Positions 8,615 to 16,958 of a stretch of 64,000 nucleotides of DNA are shown piece by piece; the first letter of the stretch is position 1; the number at the start of each line of letters is the position of its first letter. The translations under genes and the position numbers were made by a program. The DNA comes from a virus: positions 598-64,597 of IMG/VR virus record IMGVR_UViG_3300048909_000330; one strand, written 5' to 3'. A model generated the notes under the pieces. The model ran no database searches and was not told where the DNA came from. It was given only the letters and a program-made list of their open reading frames with translations.

Positions 8615-9408
8615 TTCGCGCTCCCTTCAAGTTCGGCCTTCTTCTTGTCGGCCATAGTCTTGAACTGGTTCCAGCTTTTCACGTCGCCGATAGCCTCGAA
8701 TGCAGCGCCGGCCATCGCCCGGATGCGCCGGACATCATCGACGGTCTCGGCTGAGGTAAGCTGAGTCTCCCACTTCATCCATGTTTCGTCGGCGTTTCCT
8801 TTTGAGCCTTTTCCGTTGCCGTCATCATCGTCGGCTTGCTCGGATAGGCCAGTGATTGCCTTCAGCGTGTAGCGCTCAAGATAGGTCTTCGTACTGGCGC
8901 GCGCCTGAATCGCGTTCTTCGCGCCGCCAGCGTCAGGCGGGCCGCCCATCGACACGCTTTCCTCGTGGCCGTTGATGTGGCGCAGATAGCACGTAACCTC
9001 CATCCAGTCCTTTTCATCCTTTGTCAACTTCCATGAAGACGAAAGACCGTGCTTCGAGAGTGCTGGCGTTACTGCATTCACCACATCGTGCAGTTCGGCG
9101 TAGCTCTTATTCTTGAGTGGGCCGTCTGTGACCTTGCGACCCTTGATAATCGTCACGGCTTCGGCCTTAAAGGCCGAGAATGCAGCGTCGAAAGCGCGCT
9201 TCGCCTCCTTAGCCTCCCATTGCGTTTGAAGCGCCATCAGGCGCTCCAACTTGTCAAGGTCTGCCCCGCTCTCCACTGCGATACGCAGAAGGTCGGCGGG
9301 CGTTGCCGATGCCGCGACAGCGCGCGTCTGCTGGACTACGGGCGGCTTAGCGGTCGTCGGATCAGTCATTTCAACATCAGTGACTTCCGCCATGGTTGCG
9401 GTTTGCAT
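8611..9408 (-). CDS. ERF-family single-strand annealing protein
   Basis: YAELHDVVNAVTPALSKHGLS...NAIQARASTKTYLERYTLKAITGL...DDDDG. Confidence 0.9.
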   Translation of the reverse strand: MQTATMAEVTDVEMTDPTTAKPPVVQQTRAVAASATPADLLRIAVESGADLDKLERLMALQTQWEAKEAKRAFDAAFSAFKAEAVTIIKGRKVTDGPLKNKSYAELHDVVNAVTPALSKHGLSSSWKLTKDEKDWMEVTCYLRHINGHEESVSMGGPPDAGGAKNAIQARASTKTYLERYTLKAITGLSEQADDDDGNGKGSKGNADETWMKWETQLTSAETVDDVRRIRAMAGAAFEAIGDVKSWNQFKTMADKKKAELEGSAK

Positions 9409-9419
9409 GTCTGCTCCAG

Positions 9420-10652
9420 TTAGTTAGCGGCGACGTTCTCGGCGGCCAATTGCTCATCGGCTGCGGAGTAGTCGAAGTTCTTCATCCATCCCATTACATC
9501 GCCCACCGTCACGTCGTAGTGAGCGGCAAGCGTCTTTACAATCTCGGCATCGCCGGGGCCATTGCGTTCGAAATCGACCCTGGCTCGGCGGGCACGCTCA
9601 AGTTCCGCCGCGCGCTCAGCGGCTTCAGCATCGCGTCGGGCGTTCTCGATCAACGCCTCGGCATGGTCGGATTCAAGGCGTTGCGCCGCTTCCTTATCTT
9701 CCTGCTTGCGCCGCTCTTCCGCGGCGATAGCCTCTTGCCGCTCACGCTCGACGCGTTCAGCTTCGGCCCGTTGCCGGTTGATTTCGTCTTGCTGGCGTTG
9801 GAGTTCGGCGCGCTGTTCGGCTAACCGGGCTTCTTCCGCCTCGCGTTGCCGGCGCAACTCCGCTTCGTGCGCTTCACGCTCAGCACGTTGGCGACGCTCT
9901 TCGGCTTCCCGTGCTTCGCGGTCCTTGCGCTCCTGTTCGGCTCGGGCTGCTGCGGCCTGACGGTCTCGTTCCGCGGCCTCTGCCCTCTCCCGCTCAAGTT
10001 GCTCACGCTCCGCGGCAAGTCGGGCCTGTTCGGCTTCGTGGGCTTGCTGGGCGGTCAGCATCTCGCGCAACTTGTCGAGCGTCGCCATCTTCGCCATCTC
10101 GGCTTCGCCAGAGAATTCAGCGAATCCCTCAAGCGTGATGGTCAGTTCATCGAGCCCATCAATGGCGGTCGCGATCGTCCGTGATGGTTTGCCAACCAGT
10201 AGCGCTGGAACCGCTTGGATTTCTGCGATTCGCTTGCGGATAGCGGTGATGCGCTCCGATTCAGCCCGCGCCTTTGCGATCTTCTCGTCGTCCTTGCGCT
10301 TTTCCTCGGCCTTGATCGCATCGTCAAAGCGAGATTCAAAAGGTGCGATTTCGGCCTCAATTTCCTTTTGGCGACTGTCCAGCAACTTGCCGATCTCAAG
10401 AATCGGTGCCTTTCGCTCCTTGCGGGCTTTTTCGCTGGCAACGCGAATGTCGCGGAACGTCGCGCGGTGCTTCACGGCTACAGCCATGCCTGCGGTCGTC
10501 GTTACGTCAAACGTCGCGGCATCGGCTAGCGACTTCGCGTTTGCCAGGCGCTTCGCGAAAGGCTCGAATACCAGTTCGACGTACTTCGCCGGCTCGATGG
10601 TGATCAGTTGTTGAGGCTGCTCGACAACCGCCAAGTCTTTACTCTCGCTCAT
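9420..10652 (-). CDS. Long coiled-coil protein of the recombination module
   Basis: Likely start MSESKDLAVVEQ; E/R/A/Q-rich heptads. Confidence 0.75.
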   Translation of the reverse strand: MSESKDLAVVEQPQQLITIEPAKYVELVFEPFAKRLANAKSLADAATFDVTTTAGMAVAVKHRATFRDIRVASEKARKERKAPILEIGKLLDSRQKEIEAEIAPFESRFDDAIKAEEKRKDDEKIAKARAESERITAIRKRIAEIQAVPALLVGKPSRTIATAIDGLDELTITLEGFAEFSGEAEMAKMATLDKLREMLTAQQAHEAEQARLAAEREQLERERAEAAERDRQAAAARAEQERKDREAREAEERRQRAEREAHEAELRRQREAEEARLAEQRAELQRQQDEINRQRAEAERVERERQEAIAAEERRKQEDKEAAQRLESDHAEALIENARRDAEAAERAAELERARRARVDFERNGPGDAEIVKTLAAHYDVTVGDVMGWMKNFDYSAADEQLAAENVAAN

Positions 10653-10668
10653 TGTTCTTTCCTCGCCG

Positions 10669-10872
10669 CTAAGCGGCTCTCTTAACCTCAATGTCGTCGC
10701 CACACTGCGAACACGCTGGATCAAGCCGAACGTGCACGCCTGTAGCGCCGCCGTATTCGTATCGCCCGTGGCCTGTGTCGCGATAAGCAATCGGAACGTG
10801 GCCGCATCTTGCGCACCATCCGTAGCGGACAGGCTTGTCGGCGTCGGGCTCGCCTATGTGGAGCGGCATCAC
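10669..10872 (-). CDS. Small Cys-rich protein (CxxC...CxxC)
   Basis: CARCGH and CSQCG. Confidence 0.5.
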   Translation of the reverse strand: MMPLHIGEPDADKPVRYGWCARCGHVPIAYRDTGHGRYEYGGATGVHVRLDPACSQCGDDIEVKRAA

Positions 10873-11060
10873 GCTACCTTCCGCGTCAGCTCAGGCCGGT
10901 AGTGCCCGTTGTAGTCCTTCGCCAGCAGCCACCGATTGCCAAGCGCGCGGATTGCCTGAAGGCGCTTGTTTTCGTTGATCGCGGCAAGTCGTTCGCTAGG
11001 CGCTAGTGCGGTTTCGACGTGGCGCAGATCAAGATTCTTCGGGATGTTCATTTGAACCAC
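10869..11060 (-). CDS. Hypothetical phage protein
   Basis: RLQAIRALGNRWLLAK; overlapping stops and starts. Confidence 0.6.
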   Translation of the reverse strand: MVQMNIPKNLDLRHVETALAPSERLAAINENKRLQAIRALGNRWLLAKDYNGHYRPELTRKVA

Positions 11061-11245
11061 TCCAATATCGAATGCCCCTCACGCAGCAGAAAGTACCCAG
11101 CAACAATCCCAAACGCGATAGCGACGAGGATTTGATGGCGGGCTGCGGTGCGGGCGTTTTGTGCGGTTTCGGTGGCGAGGCGGGCGAAGCCCTCGTCAGA
11201 CAGGCAGAGGGTCACGCCGTCTTCTTCGTAGTAGGTGGCGGTCAT
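11048..11245 (-). CDS. Small protein with a C-terminal TM helix
   Basis: Start MTATYYEED; ILVAIAFGIVAGYFLL. Confidence 0.6.
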   Translation of the reverse strand: MTATYYEEDGVTLCLSDEGFARLATETAQNARTAARHQILVAIAFGIVAGYFLLREGHSILEWFK

Positions 11246-11637
11246 TTGGCGCGCTCCGCAATCATTTCCATGGCCCATGCTTTCGGCCACTGGACGTAAC
11301 GCTGCTTTTCGTACTCGGCCTCCCATTTGCGGCGAAGTCCGGTGTACGCATCAGAGCTTTCTGCATACGCGCGAACTCGCGAACACTTCAAGTCTTTCGT
11401 GTCCAGGAATTCGCCCCACCCTTCGTACTCTTTCCACTCCTCGGGCGTCATGTCATTGATGTAATCGACTGGTGGCGGTGCAGGCTCCGTGACTGGCTTG
11501 AACCACGGCTGCGGCTCGGCGGGGGCATGTGCCATAAAATAGTCAAGCGTCGTCATGCCGCCTTGCGCGATGTTTCCGTGTTTCGTGCCGGTGTAGTCAC
11601 CTGCCGAACGCGGGAATGCTGGGCCTCCGTGTGACAT
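11242..11637 (-). CDS. Hypothetical phage protein
   Basis: MSHGGPAFP...GMTTLDYFMAHAP...AMEMIAER, a recurrent phage family. Confidence 0.7.
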   Translation of the reverse strand: MSHGGPAFPRSAGDYTGTKHGNIAQGGMTTLDYFMAHAPAEPQPWFKPVTEPAPPPVDYINDMTPEEWKEYEGWGEFLDTKDLKCSRVRAYAESSDAYTGLRRKWEAEYEKQRYVQWPKAWAMEMIAERAK

Positions 11638-11807
11638 CACCAATTCCCCTTCAGCAGTTCGACCGTGGCGCTAAGTTTCCAGTTATAGAAATCGCTGAAC
11701 CCGCGCGGCGGCGTCTTCACTTGCTGCCGTTGCTCCTGCCGCTCCTGCGCCTTGCGTTGAAGGCGTTCGGGTTCGGCTGCATTGCGTTCGTTTGCGAATT
11801 TGCCCAT
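11637..11807 (-). CDS. Small basic protein
   Basis: GAGGA RBS before MGKFANERN. Confidence 0.55.
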   Translation of the reverse strand: MGKFANERNAAEPERLQRKAQERQEQRQQVKTPPRGFSDFYNWKLSATVELLKGNW

Positions 11808-12070
11808 CTTAGTTATCCTCAATAGGTTCAGGGTTACTTCAGCTACGTTGCACAGTACTAACCTCGATCGTGCACATCCGCGTTTTCACCCTGGCGGACG
11901 CAGGCTGGTCCCCGGTTATCCAGCGTTGTTACAGTGGGAATCTGCGTCCGTCAGGGTTCTGGGAATCTCACCCGGACGGTCGATTGCCAGTCGACTGTTT
12001 GGTCTCGCGCCATGGCTCGCTGCATCAGAACGATCTCGCGACTTGGGCGTTGCACGCTGGCGGTTGCTCG

Positions 12071-12670
12071 TTAGCAGGCGCAGGTAAAAAATGAACCGCG
12101 CTTTGCTTCCGGCGTCGTGTTGCCTGTCACGGCGTCGTAGTGAACCCAAAACTCGTCCGGCACCGACTCACCTTCGAGTAAGCCGCCAAAGCACAGGTAT
12201 TCGCCGCCCCACTTGTTGTCATGGGTACTCACCCAGCGTTCAGCGCCTTCCATCAGCACGTCGTAGTGCAGCGAAACTCTGTCGGCGAAGTCGCGAATCC
12301 ATTTTTCGGATGGACTCATTGAATCGACGAATTCAACCTTGATCGTGGTTTCGGGTGGCGCGGCGAAATCCGGGTGCACCCAGACGTGACGGAGAGACGT
12401 AATTTGGCGCGGATAGACCACCAGCCAGAAGCGCTCCCCGGCTACTACACCATCCGTCAGGAATGGGTCAACGATGCCAAGGTGCTTTGAGGCGAATTCG
12501 GACGCTCGACCGTCATCGAGCAGACCAACGTGCGCGCCGGCATCCATGTTGTGCGCGGCAATCACCGGCTCAACCGCCAGGTGAATCGCATCCCGCGCTT
12601 GCGTATCGTCGATGATGGTTCCAAGTGTGGCCAGTGCGTCTGTGTGGACGCTGCGTTTATCTACGCTCAC
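12071..12670 (-). CDS. Conserved phage hypothetical protein
   Basis: RDAIHLAVEPV...GIVDPFL...GERFWLVVYPRQITSLRHVWVHPDF. Confidence 0.75.
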   Translation of the reverse strand: MSVDKRSVHTDALATLGTIIDDTQARDAIHLAVEPVIAAHNMDAGAHVGLLDDGRASEFASKHLGIVDPFLTDGVVAGERFWLVVYPRQITSLRHVWVHPDFAAPPETTIKVEFVDSMSPSEKWIRDFADRVSLHYDVLMEGAERWVSTHDNKWGGEYLCFGGLLEGESVPDEFWVHYDAVTGNTTPEAKRGSFFTCAC

Positions 12671-12768
12671 TTCGCCCCTCCATTCAATGTCTGCCCAGCC
12701 GTAGCCAGACTATCGGCGGCGAACAATATCGCCCCGATGATTGCTAAAACGATTGCTATGGTCATATG

Positions 12769-12873
12769 TCACCTGTAGTTAGATTCGCCCTTACTGGCTG
12801 CAGCACAAAGACCAAGCACAAACCAGCCGGCGAAGAGGATCAAAGCGAGAATGATGATTGCGGTGGTGCTCAT
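12769..12873 (-). CDS. Small membrane peptide (34 aa)
   Basis: Hand-translated MSTTAIIILALILFAGWFVLGLCAAASKGESNYR. Confidence 0.5.
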   Translation of the reverse strand: MSTTAIIILALILFAGWFVLGLCAAASKGESNYR

Positions 12874-12875
12874 GG

Positions 12876-13211
12876 CTATTCCTCGATCTCAATCGGGACC
12901 GCTAGCGCGACAGAAACCATATCTGCGCCCGCCTTCCTGGCGTCTTCTGCGGTGCTCCACATCGTGAAGTCTCCACACTTGCGGACTTGCGGCGAGGCGG
13001 GATACAGATTGATATAGAACGTTCGCGTCTTCGGAATCATGCGAAGATGTTCTGTATCTCGAATGCGGATAGTTCCGTACTGAGGTGTATCAACGATCAG
13101 AGCGTCGTTAAAACCCTCGCCGACGAACTTCACATCTGAGCACCAGGTGCCGTCGATCTTCGCGGCAACCGGCTCGCCGCGCTTCGCGGCTGACAAATCA
13201 AAAGGTTTCAT
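12876..13211 (-). CDS. Hypothetical phage protein
   Basis: Likely start MKPFDLSAAKRGEPV. Confidence 0.7.
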   Translation of the reverse strand: MKPFDLSAAKRGEPVAAKIDGTWCSDVKFVGEGFNDALIVDTPQYGTIRIRDTEHLRMIPKTRTFYINLYPASPQVRKCGDFTMWSTAEDARKAGADMVSVALAVPIEIEE

Positions 13212-13218
13212 ATCTTCC

Positions 13219-13431
13219 TCAGCAATAAGCAACCTGCGACGCCTCGACGCGAGCCTTTTGCTTGGCAACGTCGAAGCAGCACGCGCACGATTTCAGCTTT
13301 ACGTGGAAGCTCGGCCAATAGCCCGTTTCCTCGCGCGTCTCGACGCCCTCCTTCAACGTGTCGCAGGACTCGCAAAGCTCGAGAACCTTTACTTGCGTTG
13401 GACGGCTCCACCAGGATTCGAGTTGGGTCAT
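13219..13431 (-). CDS. Small Cys-rich protein
   Basis: CESC and CACC. Confidence 0.55.
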   Translation of the reverse strand: MTQLESWWSRPTQVKVLELCESCDTLKEGVETREETGYWPSFHVKLKSCACCFDVAKQKARVEASQVAYC

Positions 13432-13814
13432 GGCTTGTCCTTTGCGAGGTCTCGAATCTGATCGCGTAATTCCGCAACCATGCGCGTCAAGTCATAGACC
13501 AGCCGATGCGGCTTGTCTTCCCAGTTGTACGAGTGCTCACCCTCTCCGCACACGCCGAGATGGAAAGCCCGAAGATCCGGATATTTCGCTGCAGGGCTCG
13601 GGAAGTTGTTGGTGTGGGCCATATCAATTTCCCATTGCGAGGCAAGGCTCTGTAAGTCGCGGCTGAGCATCGGAACCCGCAGCACCCAATACCCATCCTC
13701 GCGCTGCAGCCAGTTCCCCACGTCAACAGACGCCCGGTTCGCATCCTCAACCTCAACGAAACGGCCAGACGTCGGGCCGGGTGGACCGTCGAAAAGTATG
13801 TCGATGTAGCTCAT
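13428..13814 (-). CDS. Hypothetical phage protein
   Basis: Likely start MSYIDILFDGPPGPTSGRFVEVED. Confidence 0.7.
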   Translation of the reverse strand: MSYIDILFDGPPGPTSGRFVEVEDANRASVDVGNWLQREDGYWVLRVPMLSRDLQSLASQWEIDMAHTNNFPSPAAKYPDLRAFHLGVCGEGEHSYNWEDKPHRLVYDLTRMVAELRDQIRDLAKDKP

Positions 13815-13953
13815 TGCCACACAACCCCCTTCGTTTGCCAGTCGATAGTCTCCGTCCTGACGTGGATTCGATGCCCATCCGGACAAACATATTCCGTAAG
13901 AACCATCAAGGCGTACTGCAGAGCGATGAAGGTGGACACGTAGCCGATCCTGT

Positions 13954-14331
13954 TCATACAGCCTCCGCATGCTCGGCAAGGAAGGATTCGATGCGGTCGG
14001 CGACTTCGACGGCGGTTGTTTCCTCGCCATGCGTGTATTCGTCGCCGAGAAACAAGTACTTGGCATTGGCCGGTTCGATGTCAAAAAACAATTCCACCGC
14101 ACGCCATCCAAATTCACCTTGGAATTTTGGGTTCGGGAAGATCGTTTGTTTATCCAGCCCCAGACCCTGTTCCTTGAAGACCGGATTCAGGCATGCATGT
14201 CCGACCGCGCATGCCGCAGTACCGCAAGAAAGCAGGTCATCGAACCAGTCTCCGATATGAAACTTGACCGGTCCTTCTTCCGGCAATCCCCGCAGCATCA
14301 CCACCATCTGCTCAAGTCTTTCGCGATGCAT
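13954..14331 (-). CDS. Hypothetical phage protein
   Basis: Likely start MHRERLEQM; CGTAACAVGHA motif. Confidence 0.7.
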   Translation of the reverse strand: MHRERLEQMVVMLRGLPEEGPVKFHIGDWFDDLLSCGTAACAVGHACLNPVFKEQGLGLDKQTIFPNPKFQGEFGWRAVELFFDIEPANAKYLFLGDEYTHGEETTAVEVADRIESFLAEHAEAV

Positions 14332-14332
14332 G

Positions 14333-14500
14333 TCAACTCTCCAGATATCCACGGCGCCACTCGACCCATAGCCAGTACATCTCGTCGAATCGCACAATCA
14401 GTTCGCTATACGGGTTGTCTCGCTCAAAATCGGCGCCATCCCTCTTGGCTTCGCAACCACGCTTATAGGCAGCGCGGTCGTAATCGACTTGCTCAGCCAT
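14333..14500 (-). CDS. Small hypothetical protein
   Basis: MAEQVDYDRAAYKRG with a GGAGAGG RBS. Confidence 0.6.
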   Translation of the reverse strand: MAEQVDYDRAAYKRGCEAKRDGADFERDNPYSELIVRFDEMYWLWVEWRRGYLES

Positions 14501-14548
14501 TTCCTCTCCCTTCGCCGCAGTGCGGCACGAAGTACTCCTAAACTCGCA

Positions 14549-14730
14549 GCACTCGAAAGTGCCGTCTGGAATATGCTGGCTTATGGAATCGGGCCGGAGG
14601 CGGTCGGTCGACTTCGAATGTTTTACACCCGGCTCGCTGGACGGCCAGTTGGTTTCCCAGCGCATCTACTACAGTTCAGGCCTAAGCGATCGATCGCCAC
14701 TCGATCATTCCGATTCCATAAAACAGCATT
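14549..14730 (-). ncRNA. Putative structured RNA in the pL transcript
   Basis: 12-bp perfect plus 6-bp long-range stem (14573-14592 with 14710-14729), internal stems and a GCACU-UUCG-AGUGC hairpin. Confidence 0.45.
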
Positions 14731-15094
14731 CAAACAATCTCAGCGAAGCGCCCTATCGACTGCTGCAGAAAAGCTATACGGCTACCGACTCAGTGCACTG
14801 AACTACGCAACGCACTCAGAAGATCACCCTTCTGCTCGACAAGACGCCCCACTCAAACTGCTTGTGTGGGCACCGCGTCTCACAAGTGCGGTGCCCGTTC
14901 GGCTCTGTCGCCTCGCTAGCTCCTTCGCTAGGTCATCGGGTCTCCACTGTTACAGCCAGTGGTCGCATTCCGTTCTCACGCGGGCAGGCTTCACGGGCGA
15001 TTTGTTCTGCGCGGCCATGCGCATTACTGCGGTACTTCACGATCTCGTCAGGGGATCGCTTAACGTCCCGACCGCGCTAGGCGGTTTCGACCTG

Positions 15095-15418
15095 TTACAC
15101 CACTTCTTTCTGCGCTACCTTTGAGCGGACCCAGGCTAGGCGCTTGGGGTTGAGGTGCGTCGCCGATTCATTCCGCTCAACTTCGTATGACTCAGGGCTG
15201 TTGAATGGGTATGAATCGTCAAGTCCATCAGCGATAAACAAGCCGCACAACGCGATGTATTGCTTCTCGCCATCCCTATAAGGGACGAGCTTCGAGCGCA
15301 TCCACGATGAGAACGACGAGCACAATCCGACGCGGCGCGTGAAAATCTCGTTCTCCGGTGCGCCACCTTCCGCCCACTCCAACCACTCGCGCAAAAACCG
15401 CGTCAGAAGTTCGCTCAC
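15095..15418 (-). CDS. Hypothetical phage protein
   Basis: FLREWLEWAEGGAP...GLC...YPF...NPKRLAWVR. Confidence 0.7.
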   Translation of the reverse strand: MSELLTRFLREWLEWAEGGAPENEIFTRRVGLCSSFSSWMRSKLVPYRDGEKQYIALCGLFIADGLDDSYPFNSPESYEVERNESATHLNPKRLAWVRSKVAQKEVV

Positions 15419-15531
15419 AGATCCACCTCAGTAAGTGGTTGAAGATTCACCCAAGCCGTGTACGAAATCGCCTTGATTCCGTCTGCCGTGCATTGGGCTA
15501 CGTAGTCGGCGTAGGTCATGGGATGCTCCAG

Positions 15532-15732
15532 TTAGGCAGCTTGCAGATTCGCAATGCTCTTGTGCAACGCGTAGCCCTTGCGGAACGCGTCGAACAACTG
15601 ATTCACGTGACCGTCCTGATACACCGCACCCATCGGCCACAAGTGCTTCTCTTCCCGATCCAAGCGGCAACCCTTGAACGTGCGCTCGAAGTTGTCCATC
15701 AGCTCGCTGTGCTCCCGGCTCGTGATCTGCAT
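15532..15732 (-). CDS. First gene of the pL operon, hypothetical
   Basis: GAGGGGG RBS; YQDGHVNQLFDAFRKGY. Confidence 0.7.
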   Translation of the reverse strand: MQITSREHSELMDNFERTFKGCRLDREEKHLWPMGAVYQDGHVNQLFDAFRKGYALHKSIANLQAA

Positions 15733-15790
15733 GGCGTTTCCCCCTCGTTGGTGTGCTGCTGCGGTTTGTGGTGCAGTGCTGATGGGATGA

Positions 15791-15819
15791 ACTATAGCTA
15801 ATCGCTAAACAACGCGCAA
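15791..15819 (-). promoter_or_regulatory. pL promoter with an overlapping operator (15793-15809)
   Basis: TTGCGC-17 nt-TATAGT on the minus strand; operator TATAGCTAATCGCTAAA. Confidence 0.8.
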
Positions 15820-15915
15820 GCTAAATTTCGTGCGTTTCGCTAAATTTTTTATGCGTGCTTTAGCGGCCACTTCGAAAGGCCGACCTATACTGTTGTTTTT
15901 TGGGGGGAATGAGCC

Positions 15916-16146
15916 ATGCACCCAGAGCTAGTAGTCGCCCTCTTTCGTCAATTGCCGCTGGGTGACATGGAGCCAGCTCGGGTGTTGCTAGACCTGATCG
16001 AAGTCCTGACTCGGACGCACGCGACGATGGACAACGACGATTGGGAAGTGATTGCGACGGCCGGCGCGCTGTTGTGGCGCGGGGAGATGGGAGAGGTTGA
16101 AGCGGGGGCTGACTTTGAGATGCTGATGCGCAGGCTGCGGAAATGA
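15916..16146 (+). CDS. Small moron-like protein
   Basis: Divergent from pL; TATACT upstream; followed by a terminator. Confidence 0.6.
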   Translation: MHPELVVALFRQLPLGDMEPARVLLDLIEVLTRTHATMDNDDWEVIATAGALLWRGEMGEVEAGADFEMLMRRLRK

Positions 16147-16173
16147 AAAACCCGGCGCGGGGCCGGGTTCTTT
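16146..16173. terminator. Probable bidirectional terminator
   Basis: AAAAACCCGGC-GCGGG-GCCGGGTTCTTT between convergent genes. Confidence 0.7.
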
Positions 16174-16192
16174 GGTGGTGATGCGAGTTGGT

Positions 16193-16504
16193 TTAGAGGG
16201 TTTCCAGCATCTCGATTGTCTCGGGATGCTTCTCCACCAACTTGATCAGCACGGCAGCCTGGGCGTTTGGCTTGACGCGCCCCTGCTCCCAGTTCTGATA
16301 CGTCCGCTCATTAACGCGAAGACGCCGCGCCATGACGGCCTGAGACATCTTGGCGGTCTCGCGGACGGTCTTGATTTCGTCCGCCGTCACCTCCACCCGA
16401 TCCGGCACTTCGACCGTCACAGTATGGAGCGTGACCTTACCTTCGTGAGCGGCCTTAAGTTCTTCAAGGCCCTCTTTCAGCTCGGCAAACAGATTGCGTT
16501 TCAT
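16193..16504 (-). CDS. higA: HigA-type XRE-HTH antitoxin
   Basis: MKRNLFAELKEGLEE...SQAVMARRLRVNERTYQNWEQGRVKP. Confidence 0.85.
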   Translation of the reverse strand: MKRNLFAELKEGLEELKAAHEGKVTLHTVTVEVPDRVEVTADEIKTVRETAKMSQAVMARRLRVNERTYQNWEQGRVKPNAQAAVLIKLVEKHPETIEMLETL

Positions 16505-16521
16505 GATGATTCCCCTAGTGC

Positions 16522-16863
16522 TTATCGATCGACGAGCTTCATGACCGCACGCAACAATTCGGAGAGGTCATGCCGGTCATCTTTCGACAGATCGCTGGCT
16601 TCATCCTTGTCGTACAGCGCGAACATCCAGAACTGCGGACCCTTGACCCAATAGTAATAAATCACCCTGAGTCCACCACGCTTTCCCTTTCCGCGTCGTT
16701 TGTCGGCGAATCGGACCTTGCGCAGGCCGCCAGTCCCTTTGATCACGTCACCGGCTTCGGGGTTCTCCATGAGATGCACCTGTAGAGCACGATAATCATC
16801 GTCCTGTAGGTACTGTTCGCGAAGTTTTCTGAAGGGGGCGAGTTCGACAAAGGTCGCTTGCAT
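16522..16863 (-). CDS. higB: HigB/RelE-family mRNA interferase toxin
   Basis: FVELAPF...NPEAGDVIKGTGGLRKVRF...GKRGGLRVIYY...LYDKDE; toxin-first order. Confidence 0.88.
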   Translation of the reverse strand: MQATFVELAPFRKLREQYLQDDDYRALQVHLMENPEAGDVIKGTGGLRKVRFADKRRGKGKRGGLRVIYYYWVKGPQFWMFALYDKDEASDLSKDDRHDLSELLRAVMKLVDR

Positions 16864-16870
16864 GAGTTGT

Positions 16871-16899
16871 AGCATACGCTAGGTGCGTACAGTTCGCAA
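16871..16899 (-). promoter_or_regulatory. higBA promoter with a palindromic operator
   Basis: TTGCGA-17-TATGCT, 7 nt before the ATG; TACGC-N5-GCGTA at 16875-16889. Confidence 0.7.
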
Positions 16900-16958
16900 C
16901 CTGTGGTTGTAGTTATTAAATGGGGGCGAAACTCAATACCCATCCACGAACTTGCCCT

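Noticed and set aside
9560-10050. Repetitive E/R/Q/A-coding DNA
   Set aside because: Low-complexity coiled-coil coding sequence.
12015-12035. CUGAUG hammerhead-like core on the minus strand
   Set aside because: It is followed by C rather than A, and there is no GAAA or third helix.
14782-14810. tRNA D-arm-like words (TAGTTCAGT...CGGTAG) on the minus strand
   Set aside because: No anticodon arm, T-arm (GTTCRA) or acceptor stem.
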